A DNA stretch of 64,000 bases from Eledone cirrhosa (lineage: Eukaryota). Where the stretch lies: positions 48,732,001-48,796,000 of the forward strand of contig OZ024744.1 of NCBI GenBank assembly GCA_964016885.1. The letters are read 5' to 3'. The notes beneath the pieces were generated by a model. It ran no database searches, was not told the origin of the DNA, and worked only from the letters and a program-made list of their open reading frames with translations. The first letter of the stretch is position 1. Each line of letters begins with the position of its first letter. Below, in pieces: positions 39,857-53,285 of the stretch. The position numbers and the translations under genes were made by a program.

Positions 39857-41820
39857 CTAACAGTAAAGCCCGGCGTTGCTCGGGGTCGCTCAGTAGCTGT
39901 GTTAAAGTTACAATGTTAAGTTTCTTTTTTGGCTTAAAGTATGTCTGCACGACTGTCTGTCTGCACGCCTAACGAAATTTACAGATACATATATTTTAAA
40001 TAAACTTATATAATTTTTGCTTTTTTTTACGAAATATTTGCTTGTTTTACGTAGTCTTTAAATAGACTTGTTTTCAAGTAAAAATATTGTTTTAAAAGGC
40101 TTTTAAATGGAAATGAAGCAAAACGGAAGCTTAGTGTTCGAACTGATGAATTTTGCAGGTCAAAATTTTGCTGGCTCGACAACTGTTCGTGTATTGTGTT
40201 AATGTCATTTTAAACGCTGAGAAAGCCAGCGTAATTTTTTTAATTTTTGCACGCAGAAAATGTAAACAGAACGTAAGACGCTCAATGTAAACAGAACAAA
40301 GGGAAATAACTCGTCACTTACGCTCAAAAATCGATACATTAGATTCGATTTCGTCACATAGGGTGGGTCAATTTGGAATATTTTTTTCCGATGTCTTCGC
40401 TAGGGCTCAATGTACAAGTATAGCAATTTCGGTGCAATTCCGTCAGAGATTCTAAGAGGAGATGTGTGCCAAAAATCGATAGACAGACAGACAACCACAG
40501 CTTTATATATATAGATGACATAATCAAAAACAAGAACTTATTTGAAAATTTATTTGACCGATGGTTCCGCCGGACCTTCATCTATAAGTGTAGCAATTTC
40601 ACCGAAATTTGAACGTACGGTTTAAGAGGAGATGTGTGCCGAAGGTTTTAGTAGACAGACAGACAACCTCAGTTTTATATATATAGACTAGCAGAGGTAC
40701 CCGGCGTTGCTCGGGTATTAAATAGCAGTTATGTATACCATTTATGTCAATACTTCAGTGCTGCTTCGAAAACTATACTTTTATAAACTCATCGACTTTT
40801 TCCAAAAGGGGGTTCCTGTCCTCAGGGGTCCCCTACTCAATATGTGCCAATTCTGAGAGTTCACATTCATCTGTAGAACAAACGTATCTCATGTGTCAAG
40901 TTTTGTGAAAATCGGTTGCGAACTCCAGAAGTTATGACGTTTTTTTTGCATTGCACTGCAGTGCTTCAGTCGACTCCAAGGAAGTGGTTAAAGGGCGTTA
41001 TCCGCCGGGAGGTCCTATAATCAATATCTGGAAAAATGAAAGTGTCCATGACCATCCGGAGTACATGAGTAACCTATGTCTTAAGTTTGGTGAAAATACT
41101 GTAGAAATGGATAAGGTTTACACACACGCGCGCACGCGCACGTGTGTGTGTGTGTATGTATTTGTGTGTGCGTATGTATAAGTATGTGTATGTTCGTCGG
41201 TGCATACGTATGTACTGGCCTAAATCTTCACTATTTATTTTTACTATGTTAAGGCAAAGTTAAAATCCCGTCGAGGTTAACTTTGCCTTTCATCCTTACG
41301 GGGTCGATAAAATAAAGTACCAGTAATGTACTGTTTAATTGCTGGCCTTGTGCCAAAAGTAGAAACAACTATTTTAATAACCTGTCATTTTCGTTTACAA
41401 TTTTATTTACATCATTCTTAAACTCCGGGGCTGGAAATCATTCGGTTATTTTAAATAGAATATTAGGCTAACGACTCCATTTACACTATAAACTTGGTCT
41501 TCTCTTTGCATGAAATTGTTCTTCTCGGTCCACCGCGTCGTTTATACGTAACATAAATAGATAAGCAAATGACGCCATAAAAGGGAAATAACTCGTCTCT
41601 CATCTCTATTTATACATTTGAACTGAAAAATCAATACATTACAAATTCGCTTTTTACACTTGGCGTGGGTCGATTTGAAAATTTATTTGACCGATGGTTC
41701 CGCCGGACCTTCATCTATAAGTGTAGCAATTTCAGCGAAATTTGAACGTACGGTTTAAGAGGAGATGTGTGCCGAAGGTTTTAGTAGACAGACAGACAAC
41801 CTCAGTTTTATATATATAGA
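39857..41820 (-). mobile_element. Array of three non-autonomous Helitron-like units (39857-40515, partial 40516-40687, 40688-41820)
   Basis: Each starts TCTATATATATAAA on minus; cccg/cggg hairpin before the 3' end; inserted at A|T without TSD; Nin-like SINE nested at ~41250-41375. Confidence 0.85.
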
Positions 41821-41915
41821 TTTATAAATTTATAAATTTATAAATTTACAAATCTACAAATTTATAAATTTCTGGTTGGTTGGTTGGTTCCACAACCAGA
41901 TAGTTGTTTATATAT

Positions 41916-41960
41916 AGTCATAGTCCTTTCGTCTCACACTCTGTGACCTCTTCAGTGACT
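41916..41960 (-). ncRNA. Minimal HHR in inverted Penelope pLTR (one stem II substitution)
   Basis: Minus strand: agtca-CTGAAGA-g-gtcac..gagac-GAAA-ggac-TA-tgact. Confidence 0.7.
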
Positions 41961-42496
41961 GGGGATTCCTTTCTTTGTTTCTGTGCCTTTCCTTTCTTCT
42001 GTCCTACGCCATTTTGTTTCTGTGTGTGTGTTGTGTGCTCAGTTTGCGCATGCGCCACATCCGGGTGTCTGTGTGTGTTTGTGTTCATTTATCTATTTGT
42101 TTATTTATTTATTTATTGTTGGTTGGTTGTTTGTTCTATGTGTGTGTGTTTTCATTTTGTCCTTAATTGTAAGTTGTGATGTTGCTGTTCCACTCATATT
42201 TTCTATTTAATTTTGGTTGTAATTCTTTTATGTTTATTGCCTCTGTAATTTGTCTAAACATTGCATCTTTTCTGTGTGTAGATTCTATTTTTATTTCTAT
42301 GTTCTCTAATTTACCCTTGTGTTCTATCTTAGCATGTTGGTAGAGTACAGATGATTCTTTATTATCTTGAAGGTCTCGCCAGTGTTCATTTATCCGTTCC
42401 CCTATACTACGAGCTGTCTCACCTATGTACACTATATTTTTGTTTCTACATTGTCCTTCAGTACATCTTATGCTATACACTACATTTCTAGTTTTA

Positions 42497-42922
42497 AAAA
42501 CACTTATTAGCAAGACATACCCGTTCCAAAGACCCTCATGTATAGATAAGAAATGTATAACCTGTAAAATAAGCCCCCATATTAACTGTAAAACTAGAAA
42601 TGTAGTGTATAGCATAAGATGTACTGAAGGACAATGTAGAAACAAAAATATAGTGTACATAGGTGAGACAGCTCGTAGTATAGGGGAACGGATAAATGAA
42701 CACTGGCGAGACCTTCAAGATAATAAAGAATCATCTGTACTCTACCAACATGCTAAGATAGAACACAAGGGTAAATTAGAGAACATAGAAATAAAAATAG
42801 AATCTACACACAGAAAAGATGCAATGTTTAGACAAATTACAGAGGCAATAAACATAAAAGAATTACAACCAAAATTAAATAGAAAATATGAGTGGAACAG
42901 CAACATCACAACTTACAATTAA
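42497..42922 (+). pseudogene. Penelope-like C-terminal fragment: Cys-rich linker plus GIY-YIG endonuclease (open frame, 5'-truncated)
   Basis: CIDKKCITC..C, VVYSIRC..C..YIGETARSIGERINEH, SVLYQH...H, TEAINI, PKLN. Confidence 0.9.
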
Positions 42923-43126
42923 GGACAAAATAAAAACACACACACACATAGAACAAACAACCAACCAACAATAAATAAATAAATAAACAAATAGATAAAT
43001 GAACACAAACACACACAGACACCCGGATGTGGCGCATGCGCAAACTGAGCACACAACACACACACAGAAACAAAATGGCGTAGGACAGAAGAAAGGAAAG
43101 GTACAGAAACAAAGAAAGGAATCCCC

Positions 43127-43171
43127 AGTCACTGAAGAGGTCACAGAGTGTGTGACGAAAGGACTATGACT
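43127..43171 (+). ncRNA. Minimal type I HHR in Penelope pLTR
   Basis: agtca-CTGAAGA-g-gtcac[agagtgt]gtgac-GAAA-ggac-TA-tgact; sense to the GIY-YIG ORF. Confidence 0.85.
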
Positions 43172-43325
43172 ATATATAAACAACTATCTGGTTGTGGAAC
43201 CAACCAACCAACCAGAAATTTGTAAATTTGTAAATTTATAAATTTATAAATATATAATAAATTGAAGTGAAAGCAACTGGTGCGTGTGTTTCTTATTGGC
43301 AACATGACCCTCCCAAAGTATAACA

Positions 43326-43437
<112 letters not shown>

Positions 43438-43665
43438 TATAGCAGAGTAAAAAGCAAGTAAGCTAATGAGGAGGAGAGAAAAGTGATTAGTTATGCAGAT
43501 TACAAGCCAGTAGAGAGAAGGTTAGTGTGCTCAATGCATATAGATTGTTAGACTAGTGAGCCATGCAATTCGATGGAAAGAGAGATAGTTTAACAATCAT
43601 ATTATAAGCAAAGAAAAATAATATTTAAAATGCTGGAGGGAACAACAAAGATTTATGTTTACATA

Positions 43666-44164
43666 TCTTAACTATAATGAAGCAAGGAGTGCGGGATTGC
43701 GTTCAGAATATAAATTTTTAGCCCGTTTGTAAAATAAGTTGGATTACTTTGAATAAATAATGAATGAATATTACATAATTTATGTACGAAATTTTGTAAC
43801 TCTTGATTAATTATAAATAATTTTATTGCTTATTTAAAGATTCACTTCTTTAAAATTTTCAAATGTCAAAACTTCCGGTTAGCATCCGTTATATTATAAC
43901 TCTTATAAAAACATCACATATATTTTCATTGCTAATTTTCTTCTAATGCAGTTTATATATAATATCGTCTTTTTTAAATGGATTACTTTACTGATTACAG
44001 AAGAGAGTGTAACACAGTCTCCCTTCAATTTCCGTGTATATTGTCAATTACGATTTCATTTCACATATCTTATCTACATGTATATATATTTGCGTATAAT
44101 ATCAATATGCACACTACTCATGCTCGTAGAGAACCACCCGAAGGGTAGGGTGGTTTTCTGCTAG
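43666..44164 (+). mobile_element. Non-autonomous Helitron
   Basis: A|TC start, terminal hairpin plus CTAG|T; homologous to 17442-17912. Confidence 0.85.
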
Positions 44165-44255
44165 TATATTTAATGGCTGACAAGTTGTTTCAAATACTGC
44201 ACAATAAGAATGGACATAGATGTTGATATATCGAATATAAAACGATATTAGAACG

Positions 44256-44760
<505 letters not shown>

Positions 44761-44790
44761 ATATATATATATATATAAATATATATATAT

Positions 44791-45147
44791 AATATATAAG
44801 ATCAAAAGATGGTTAAAAGAGTTCCATGTATTTTATTATGCACATTTCAAAAACAAATATCATCATGCAATAACATTTGTGTTTTCATCAGATAAAAAAG
44901 GAAGACATGATATGAAGGTTAAAAAACACTTGTGAATAGTGCAGTTTTAAATCAACATATGTTGATGAAAACACAAATGTTATTGCATGAGGATATTTGT
45001 TTTTGAAATGTGCATAATAAAATACATGGAACTCTTTTAACCATCTTTTGATCTTATATATTATGTATACTCCAGTCCTACAAACTGTAGAGTGCTTCTT
45101 ATCCGATATCTGCATTGCTTTATTGTACTACAATAAAACTCACCTCC

Positions 45148-45150
<3 letters not shown>
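44791..45150. mobile_element. HHR-bearing fold-back element (100-bp inverted arms 44791-44890 / 44963-45062)
   Basis: Near-perfect inverted repeat; palindrome atcaacatatgttgat at the junction; (TA)n flanks. Confidence 0.8.
44831..44897 (-). ncRNA. Minimal type I HHR
   Basis: Minus strand: ttttat-CTGATGA-aaacacaaatgtta..tgatatttgttttt-GAA-atgtgcat-A-ataaaa. Confidence 0.8.
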
Positions 45151-45214
<64 letters not shown>

Positions 45215-45390
45215 ATGTATGTATATAGTAATGTATATATATGTATATATATGTATGTATATAGTAATGTAATAAATAACATAAGATAATTATTTCATGA
45301 AATATTTATCTTATGTTGTTTATTACATAAATAAAAAGCTCTGTAGTCTACATAGAGCACTCTCTTTTCCTTTACCTTTCCTACGGAAAT

Positions 45391-45530
45391 ACTTCAGAAG
45401 ATCCCGTTAAGGGTGAAAGGAGCGATTCTTTGCTTAAACTTTAATCTGTTATTTTAATAAATATTTGATATATATTTATATCTATCGAGCCCTCTTTGGA
45501 TTTTAGTCTTCAAATTTATTATTATTACTG
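45391..45530 (+). mobile_element. pLTR-like fragment starting at the CAGAAGA HHR-like motif
   Basis: Reverse complement of 438-500; downstream tail also seen at 1-50, ~24620-24660, ~29125-29150 and ~39500-39620. Confidence 0.6.
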
Positions 45531-45689
45531 TATATATATATAAGAAAAAAACATTAAATCGAAAATGCAACTGGAGTCTTTTTTTTTTTAAATATATATT
45601 TATTTGGTCCCTTTACCGGTTTCGCAGTTCTTCTGCTTTTCAAAAGTAGAATTGAGATGGAGGTTTTGTGGTTTTTCTCACATATATAT

Positions 45690-47894
45690 GTTCTACAATG
45701 CGAGGACCAAAAACGTGAGGTGTTCAGGATTGCTAGGCAATGTGTCAAGGAAAACAGTGATATTGTCGGGGAAAAGTGTGTCCTTAATGATGATGGTGTA
45801 CTTGCCATCACTGATGCTGATAAGAAGGTAGCTTGGAAGTGTCACTACGAAAGGCTACTAAATGAGGAGAATAATTGGGAGAAAGACAGTCTCCCCCATA
45901 TCGATCCAATAGAGGGACCAGCAGTGCTAGTTGAAGGTAGTATAATAAGTAAGGCAATCAATGATATGAAGACGGTAAGGCGGCTGAACCTTCGGAAATA
46001 GTTGTTGAAATGCTGAAAGCATCTGGAACGGTGGGACACACTATGGGCACCCGGATAGTAAACCAAATCATGCAGAATGGAGTCGTCCTGCTACAAGGGT
46101 AAAGGAGATGCCCTAGATAGGGGTAACTATAGAGACATTAAATTAATCGACCAGGTCATGAAGGTCACAGAAAAAGTAATAGCGCAACTAATCAGAGAGA
46201 GAATTGATCTAGATAAAATGCAGTTCGGGTTTGTGTCAGGGAAAAGTACCACAGACTCCCTTTTCATTGTACGACAACTACAGGAGAAGTACCTAGCTAA
46301 AAGTAAACCCCTATACTTCGCTTTTGTTGACTTGGAGAAAGCCTTTGACAGAGTCCCCCGCTCCATTATCTGGTGGGCTCTTAGAAAACTAGGTGTTGAT
46401 GAATGGCTTGTGAGAGCTATATAAGCCATGTATAAAGAAAGTCAACATGGTTAGAATTAACAACGAATATAGTGAAGAGTTTAGCGTAAAAGTTGTTGTT
46501 CATAGGGCTCCGTCCTTAGCCCCCTCCTATTTATTATTGCCCTTCAGGCTATAACAGAGGAGTTCAAGACCGGCTGCCCATGGGAACTCCTATACACAGA
46601 TGATCTAACGCTCATAGCTGACTCAATGGCCGAACTAGAGAAGAAATTCCAAATATGGAATTATGGCCTAGAATCAAACGGCCTTAAAATTAACCTGTCT
46701 AAGACTAAAGTTCTAGTTTGTAGGAAGGAAAATTGGGCACCAGTCCCATCTGGGAAATGGCCATGCTCAGTGTGTGGGAAAGGAGTAGGCAGAAACTCCA
46801 TTTTATGTCCCAAATGCAAAGTATGGGTGAATAAATGATGTAGTGGGATCACAGGTAAGTTAACTAAGAATATAGATTTTATATGTGGCCGGTGCTCTGG
46901 TGTAATAAGTAGCAGCAAGTGCCCACAGAATACTAGCTCATTCCATTGCCCAGATGGTTCTATAGAAATAGTGGACACCTTCCGTTACCTGGGTGACAAA
47001 ATCAGCAGTGGTGGAGGGTGCTCTGAAAGTACAGTAGCTAGAGTCAGAACGGGATGGAAAAAGTTCAGAGAGCTTATACCACTATTGGCCGCTAAAGGTT
47101 TCTCTCTAAAAACGAAAGGCAGGCTGTATGATGCCTGCATACGAACAGCAATGTTACATGGCAGTGAGACCTGGGCATTGTGTGCAGAGGTTATACGCAG
47201 ACTGGAGAGAAACGAAGCTTGCATGCTCCGCTGGATGTGTAATAACAATATACGTGAACGGCAAAGCATAAACGAACTAAGGGAGAAATTAGGAATAAGA
47301 GGGATCAGATGTTGTTTACTCGAGAGAAGACTACGTTGGTACGGCCACGTGATGCGCATGAAAGACGACAGCTGTATAAAAAAGTGCAGGGCGATAAAAA
47401 TAGACGGTAGCTACGGAGTAGGCAGACCCAGAAAAACCTGGGACGACTTGATAAATTCCGACCTCACACACTTACACCTCTCCAAGACAATGTCACTGGA
47501 CCGAGATCTTTGGCGGTACTCAGTAATAGAGAAGACCCGCCTTACCTAAGTACAAAGCAAAACCTACAGTCAGTAGGCACCTCTTAACAAAAATACACCT
47601 CTGTCCCACCACCCCCACCCCATCCACACCACCCCTTTCGATGTAAAGTTATGTTGGTACTACAACATCCAGTCCGAAACAAAGTCCACGCTGTAATGTG
47701 GCCGTGTAGGTAACACGGTAAAAACCTCCCAGTCCACACTGTAAACGTGGTTGGTGTTAGGAAGGGCATCCAGCCGTAGAAAACCTGCCAGACAGTCCTA
47801 TACGAGCAGGACAACCAATCTTGCCTCAAGTGGGAAGATTCCCGTCCAAACCCATGCGAGCGTGGAAGATGGACGTTAAACGATGATGATGATG

Positions 47895-47895
<1 letters not shown>
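45690..47895 (+). mobile_element. 5'-truncated RTE LINE (PHD-finger family)
   Basis: NYRDIKL, QFGF, FVDLEKAFDRV, WPCSVC, FRYLG, LHGSETW, GRPRKTW; (GAT)n tail. Confidence 0.95.
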
Positions 47896-47950
<55 letters not shown>

Positions 47951-48543
47951 GAAAGTATAGCATATTCGAAGTTCGATCAGCAGCTAAGCCAACGAATGCC
48001 TTCAGCAGTGTAGCCAAGCACTCAATAAGGTATAGACCTCAGGGTAATAACATACAGTTTAAAGGGCTTTGCAAATTGAAGATAGCGACCTCTAATTCAG
48101 CCGCCTGATCTGTAGCAACGAAAGAACTGACTTGTGAGAAAAAAATACACACACACACATATATATATATACACACATATATATATATACACATACACAT
48201 ATCTGTATATATATATATATATATAGTTATTATGATTATAGGATAGAATACTCGATGGTTAAGATAAAACCTTTTGAAATAGTTTAAGCTTGACCATAGG
48301 TCATTCTATCCAATAATATCTACATTCTACTTTTCTTAAGTATGGAGTACTATGTTGTATAATGATCCTACTAGACTCAATTAGTAATATCTTATCCACA
48401 AGCACAGTCACATATACAAGCATATCTGTGTGTGTATATATGGTTAAATATGTCTGTGTGTGTGTGTGTATGCGTGTGTGAGTGTGTGTATATATTTCTA
48501 TGTATATATATATATATATAAATACATATATATATATAAATTG

Positions 48544-48584
<41 letters not shown>

Positions 48585-48986
48585 TTGTATATATACATGC
48601 CTGTCTGTATGTATAAACACTTAAGTAAAAAACCAGGCTCCCACCATTCTATACTAGGTGTTGCCATGGTCAACAGACCTGAAAGATAGTGTATATAATC
48701 TGTTTAAATGGTGTATGTATATGTGTGTGTATATATATATATACATAGACACACAAATTCACACACTCACATGCATACATATAATGTATATTGAAAAATG
48801 TGGGAATGTGGGAATCCCAAACGCAGTAACTGTAACAACAGTCAATCTTAGATATAATAGTTTAGAATATTTGGGAAATTACATCCAGAGACAGAAAAAA
48901 GTGGCCAGCAGCCACTATGGAGTTAAATGTATGTTTGTTTATAATATATATAGGTGTGTGTGTGTATGCATATATATATATATATA

Positions 48987-49124
48987 GGAGAAAGTATGAC
49001 CCTGACGGCAGAGCTCAAGCCGTTTCGACGGCTATTTCTGGACTATTACCCACTCTACTCCCCTAAGTATTGAGTACTCTGGTGCGTTATGGTCCATCTG
49101 GTTCCTTACCACACCTCCTCCGTT
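48987..49124. mobile_element. Rearranged copy of the half-HHR short repeat
   Basis: gacggc..gccgtttcgacggc module inverted relative to the tattacccactctac.. tail when compared with 52439-52573. Confidence 0.65.
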
Positions 49125-49130
49125 ATATAT

Positions 49131-49655
49131 ATTTATTTAAAAGATTGTTTAATGCTTGCTTGTTCCGCTCATCTCGTTTTTATAGTTCTGGTATCTCAAA
49201 TTAGTACCATTGAACAACAATTGTATTATAGAAAACCCTGTATATTTCCGTAGGTACTTAGTACCTGTGGGGATATTAAACTCATTTAATGTATATTCTC
49301 CCTGTGTGTAGAGAAGAAAATGTTGTATCTTGCTGCTATTTTTTTTAGTAGCGTGACAGACAACAAGTCTATAATATTCCCGCTTTTACTAACGGCCTGT
49401 TTATGTGTGGGTCACTTTAACGGCCTGACCTCATACTTTGGGCAGTAAGCGATATATTTACAAACTGTGTGGCTTTATGCCCTATAGAATGGAAATAGCT
49501 GTCTGGAGAGCTGATCTTTCCATTGAAAATTCTCTGAATTTCCAATCTTTTGTGAAGCGAAACCGTCGGTAACAACATTTTGAACAGGTGAATATTTAAA
49601 TCGTATTTTAATTTATTTAAAAGATTGTTTAATGCTTGCTTGTTCCGCTCATCTC

Positions 49656-49659
<4 letters not shown>
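49131..49659 (+). mobile_element. Retrozyme-like non-coding element: 480-bp unit plus 49-bp terminal redundancy
   Basis: 49131-49179 identical to 49611-49659; HHR motif inside; TA-repeat flanks; no ORF in the track. Confidence 0.75.
49493..49580 (+). ncRNA. Type I HHR with one core substitution (CTGGAGA)
   Basis: gctgt-CTGGAGA-gct..(attgaaaattc/gaatttccaat)..agc-GAA-acc[gtc]ggt-A-acaac. Confidence 0.65.
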
Positions 49660-49704
<45 letters not shown>

Positions 49705-49792
49705 CTATTTTTTTATTAAGTTTGTTGTTTACACTTTACTAATATATTGAGTACTTTATGTACAATGCTTACCCCCAACTGAACCTGGGAGT

Positions 49793-49844
<52 letters not shown>

Positions 49845-49859
49845 TAGATATATAGTGAA

Positions 49860-50000
49860 TGCATGTGGCTTAGTGGTTAAGGTGCTCAGTTTACAATCAT
49901 AAAGTTGTGAGTTCTCGTCCTGCACCAACCAGGTGGCGTCCTATATCCTTGAGCAAGATGTTTTATTTCACATTGTCCACTCCCCTCAGCTGAGTTGTAC
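49860..50000 (+). mobile_element. Diverged tRNA-derived SINE head
   Basis: tggcttagtggtt..gtgagttc..ccttgagcaaga, as at 59217. Confidence 0.65.
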
Positions 50001-50659
50001 ATGTAATGTATCACACTGTGTCATCTTAAATATCTATGCTACACTAAGGCTCTAATGTGTCTATTATGTTCAGTGACTTACATGTGAATTTCACAAACAG
50101 GAAGTTCTGTTGATTGAATCAACTGTTGCACTCTCTATTGGAAATGATGGAGTTAAAAATCTAATAGTGTGTATATGTGAGTGCAAAAAGTCATCATTAT
50201 CCCTTTACATGCTTATTTCCATGCACGTATAGGTTGCACAGGTTTCCTGCAACACAATCTGGCTTCATTCCTAGTATTTATTTATCATCTTTTCTGTGAG
50301 CTTCAGTGTTTTATTGAAATCAGTTCTCACCACTTGGTTTTCCTCTATTCTAGCTTCCTATATCATGGATGTATATGTGTGTGTGTTTGTGTATCTCTGT
50401 GTGTTTGTGTATCAGTGTGTGTGTGTATAACACCAAATTGGATGCCTGCCCCCAAATCGAATCAGTCCTCTATTTTCTATTTTCTGTTTGTGTTCAATGT
50501 AATCCTGGTATATAGTTCTGTAAACAACACCTGATGAAATCATTTTGTATCATGATCGGATGAACATGTATACTGCTTTTGAGGAATTAAAATTCTAAAG
50601 TAAATTTCTGGTCTGGCCTTCTATTGTTCTTTTGTTGTTTTAATGTGTATATATGTGTG

Positions 50660-51725
50660 CGTAAGGAGTAAAATCCAGCCCAGCCAAAGTCAGTAGTGGC
50701 GTCCTGCAAGGCACTGTGTTGGGCCCACTTCTTTTCATTATCTGCATTAATGACATTACTGACATCATCAAGCACAGCAACATAAGAATCTATGCAGATC
50801 ATTCCAAGCTCCAAAGGGTCATCAATGAGGTGGGGGACCAGACATGCCTTCAGTCAGACCTACTGGCTGTTATCCAATGGGCAGAAAAGAACAATATTCT
50901 GCTGAACGAGGATAAATTTGAATTAATCCTCTTTGGTAATGACGGTGCCCTGAAACTCTCATACTCCCTTCCTTCAGGTGAAACTCTCATGGCATCCAAC
51001 AACATCAGAGACTTGGGAGTAATTATGGACAACAACATAAGCTGGGCAACTCATATAAACAACAAAGTTAACATGGCCTGCAGGATGTGTTCCTTGATTC
51101 TCAGAACCTTCCAGTCGAGAGATATCCACACCATTATCTTTCTTTTCTCTACATTTTCCCGACCCCACCTTGAATACTGTTGTCCACTGTGGTCTCCCCA
51201 CATGAAACAGAGTATCATGAAAGTTGAAGCACCTCAAAGGTCAATCACTAAAAAGATAGATTGCATGTCCGGCCTTGACTATTGGGGTTGACTAGAAAAC
51301 CTCAAACTTTATTCTCTCCAACGTCGCCGTGAGCGCTAGATGTGGAAAATATTCCATCAGCTTTGCCCAAATGATGTTAGCATCACCATTAAACTATACC
51401 CCGTGCTATCCGCCTACAACAAAATCAAACTCGCATCTCATAACAACAATATGGCACAATTATTTCACCTCAATTGGCTCCACTCTCTTTAACATTTCAC
51501 CAAAACACATTAAAATGGAAATAGACTCCATAAAGTTCATGAAGTCTTTGGACAAATTCCTTCAAGAAATCCCGGATAAACCTCCTACACCAGGATATGT
51601 CTCCACAAACAATAACTCTCTACCTGAGTGGGCCATGGTGTCCAAATCCTGATTTGAAAGACTTCGCCAGGTGATGCTATTAAGTTAGACATGGCCTGGG
51701 TCAATACTGACCAAAACCTATCAAA
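50660..51725 (+). pseudogene. CR1-like LINE 3' fragment (RT)
   Basis: LGPLLFIICIND, IYADHSKL, LQSDL, RDLGV, RPHLEYCCPLWSPH. Confidence 0.88.
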
Positions 51726-51879
51726 GTTATATATATATGTTTAAATTTGTTGGTTTACCACTGGGTAGAATTGGTCATTCTGCAATGTTAATCATGACGC
51801 AATATGAGAAAAGCACTCAACGTTATGCAACTCATCCATCTTTGATGTTGAATCACATTGTATATATATATATATATGT

Positions 51880-51928
<49 letters not shown>

Positions 51929-52193
51929 CTAGCGTGGAAAATGGACGTTAAACGAAGATGATGATGATGATGATATATATATAAGGGATAACAAAATATT
52001 GTTATAGGTAATCCAGTTAGAGGTTGTGAATACTCCGTATTGTGGTTAGTTTTGGCGTACGGCGTTGTTTGACCCAACAAGAGGTTTATATAGGTAGTGA
52101 GTTTATGATTTCACTTGCAATTCCTATGTAAGTTTATCTTGGAGTAATAATATTGAAAGAGTGAAGAATAACATGGTCAACAGTACAAAAAGG

Positions 52194-52307
52194 GGTTTTA
52201 TTTACAGTATTAACAATAGTTTCACTGATTAAGTTGTCTAAAAATTGCTGAACACTTGAAGCTGTGCCACTCAATTTTAAATACGTTGTTAGCTTAACCA
52301 GATCATC
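52194..52307 (-). ncRNA. HHR truncated within its core by a fold-back
   Basis: Minus strand: GATGA-t-ctggttaag..cttaatcag-t-GAAAC-tatt[gtt]aata-ct-GTA; 5' side replaced by perfect 26-bp palindrome 52295-52320. Confidence 0.6.
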
Positions 52308-52438
52308 GATGATCTGGTTATTCTTCACTCTTTCAATATATATATCTATATATCTATATATATGTACATATATATGCATATATATATGTATATTTATATA
52401 TGTGTATATATATGTATATATATGTATATATATATATA

Positions 52439-52572
52439 CCAGAATTAGCCGTCGAAACGGCTTGAGCTCAGCCGTCGGGATCCTACTCGTTCCTATTACC
52501 CACTCTACTACCCTAAGTATTGAGTACTTTGGTGCGTTATGGTCCACCTGATTCCTTACCACATTTTCTTTG

Positions 52573-52573
<1 letters not shown>
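52439..52573 (+). mobile_element. Short repeat carrying the 3' half of an HHR
   Basis: GAA-acggct[tgagctc]agccgt-C at 52454-52476 followed by ~100-bp tail; (TA)n flanks. Confidence 0.6.
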
Positions 52574-52610
<37 letters not shown>

Positions 52611-52735
52611 AAGCGAGATTTCATTTTAAGGTCTTTATTTATTATATACAGTTATGACTATTTGGCAGATGGGTGGTTCAGTATCTATATTAATGTTATA
52701 GACCCAACTCAAGCTCGATTGGCTTGGCTTGATTA

Positions 52736-52826
52736 ACAAGTCTGATGAACAGATTGGGCTGGAATCAGGTCTATAGCATTTACATAGATCTTGAGCCACA
52801 GTTCTGTGAAACAATCGTAACTATGT
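52736..52826 (+). ncRNA. Minimal type I HHR with long stem II
   Basis: acaagt-CTGATGA-acaga..ggct..aggtctat/atagatct..agcc..tctgt-GAA-ac[aatc]gt-A-actatgt. Confidence 0.8.
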
Positions 52827-53149
52827 ATAATCAATAAAGACCTCAGTGTGAAACCTTGCTTTGTTTTCAATGTATACACTGTCCTAGCATAGAGTGATGA
52901 TTTTCGTACATGCCTTAGTAAACCTCTAATCTATTAAACCACCTATTATATATATATATATACACACACACAGACATCATCATATATAATCTGCATGCAA
53001 ACACATAATTAAGTATACAAACTTCTCTTTCTCTACATATACACCCAAACATATATAGACATGACTTCATTTACTGTGTGTTCATGGTTTAGGATAAGTG
53101 TACCATTTTATTTTTTCTATCACTCCAATGAAGGCAACAAAGCCACTAA

Positions 53150-53285
53150 AATGTAATGGGTTTCCTAGAAGGGAAAAAGACAATAGAGCGAGAACATGAT
53201 TCAAGGAGGAGAAACGGACAATTGATGTTGCTTTTGAATTTTTGAAAATTGTAGTGGTTAGGAAAGTATGAAACCACTGGTGAGA
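53150..53285 (-). mobile_element. Short CR1-like 3' end fragment
   Basis: FPNHYNFQKFKSNIN resembles CR1-type ORF2 C-termini. Confidence 0.4.

Noticed and set aside
42163-42660. 165-aa minus-strand ORF mirroring 42425-42922
   Set aside because: By-product of the inverted duplication; N-termini are antisense read-through, not a second gene
48070-48135. ttgaaga..gaaagaactg HHR-like spacing
   Set aside because: Core and stems too degenerate to support
50525-50575. CTGATGA followed by atca..tgat hairpin
   Set aside because: No GAAA, stem III or stem I partner
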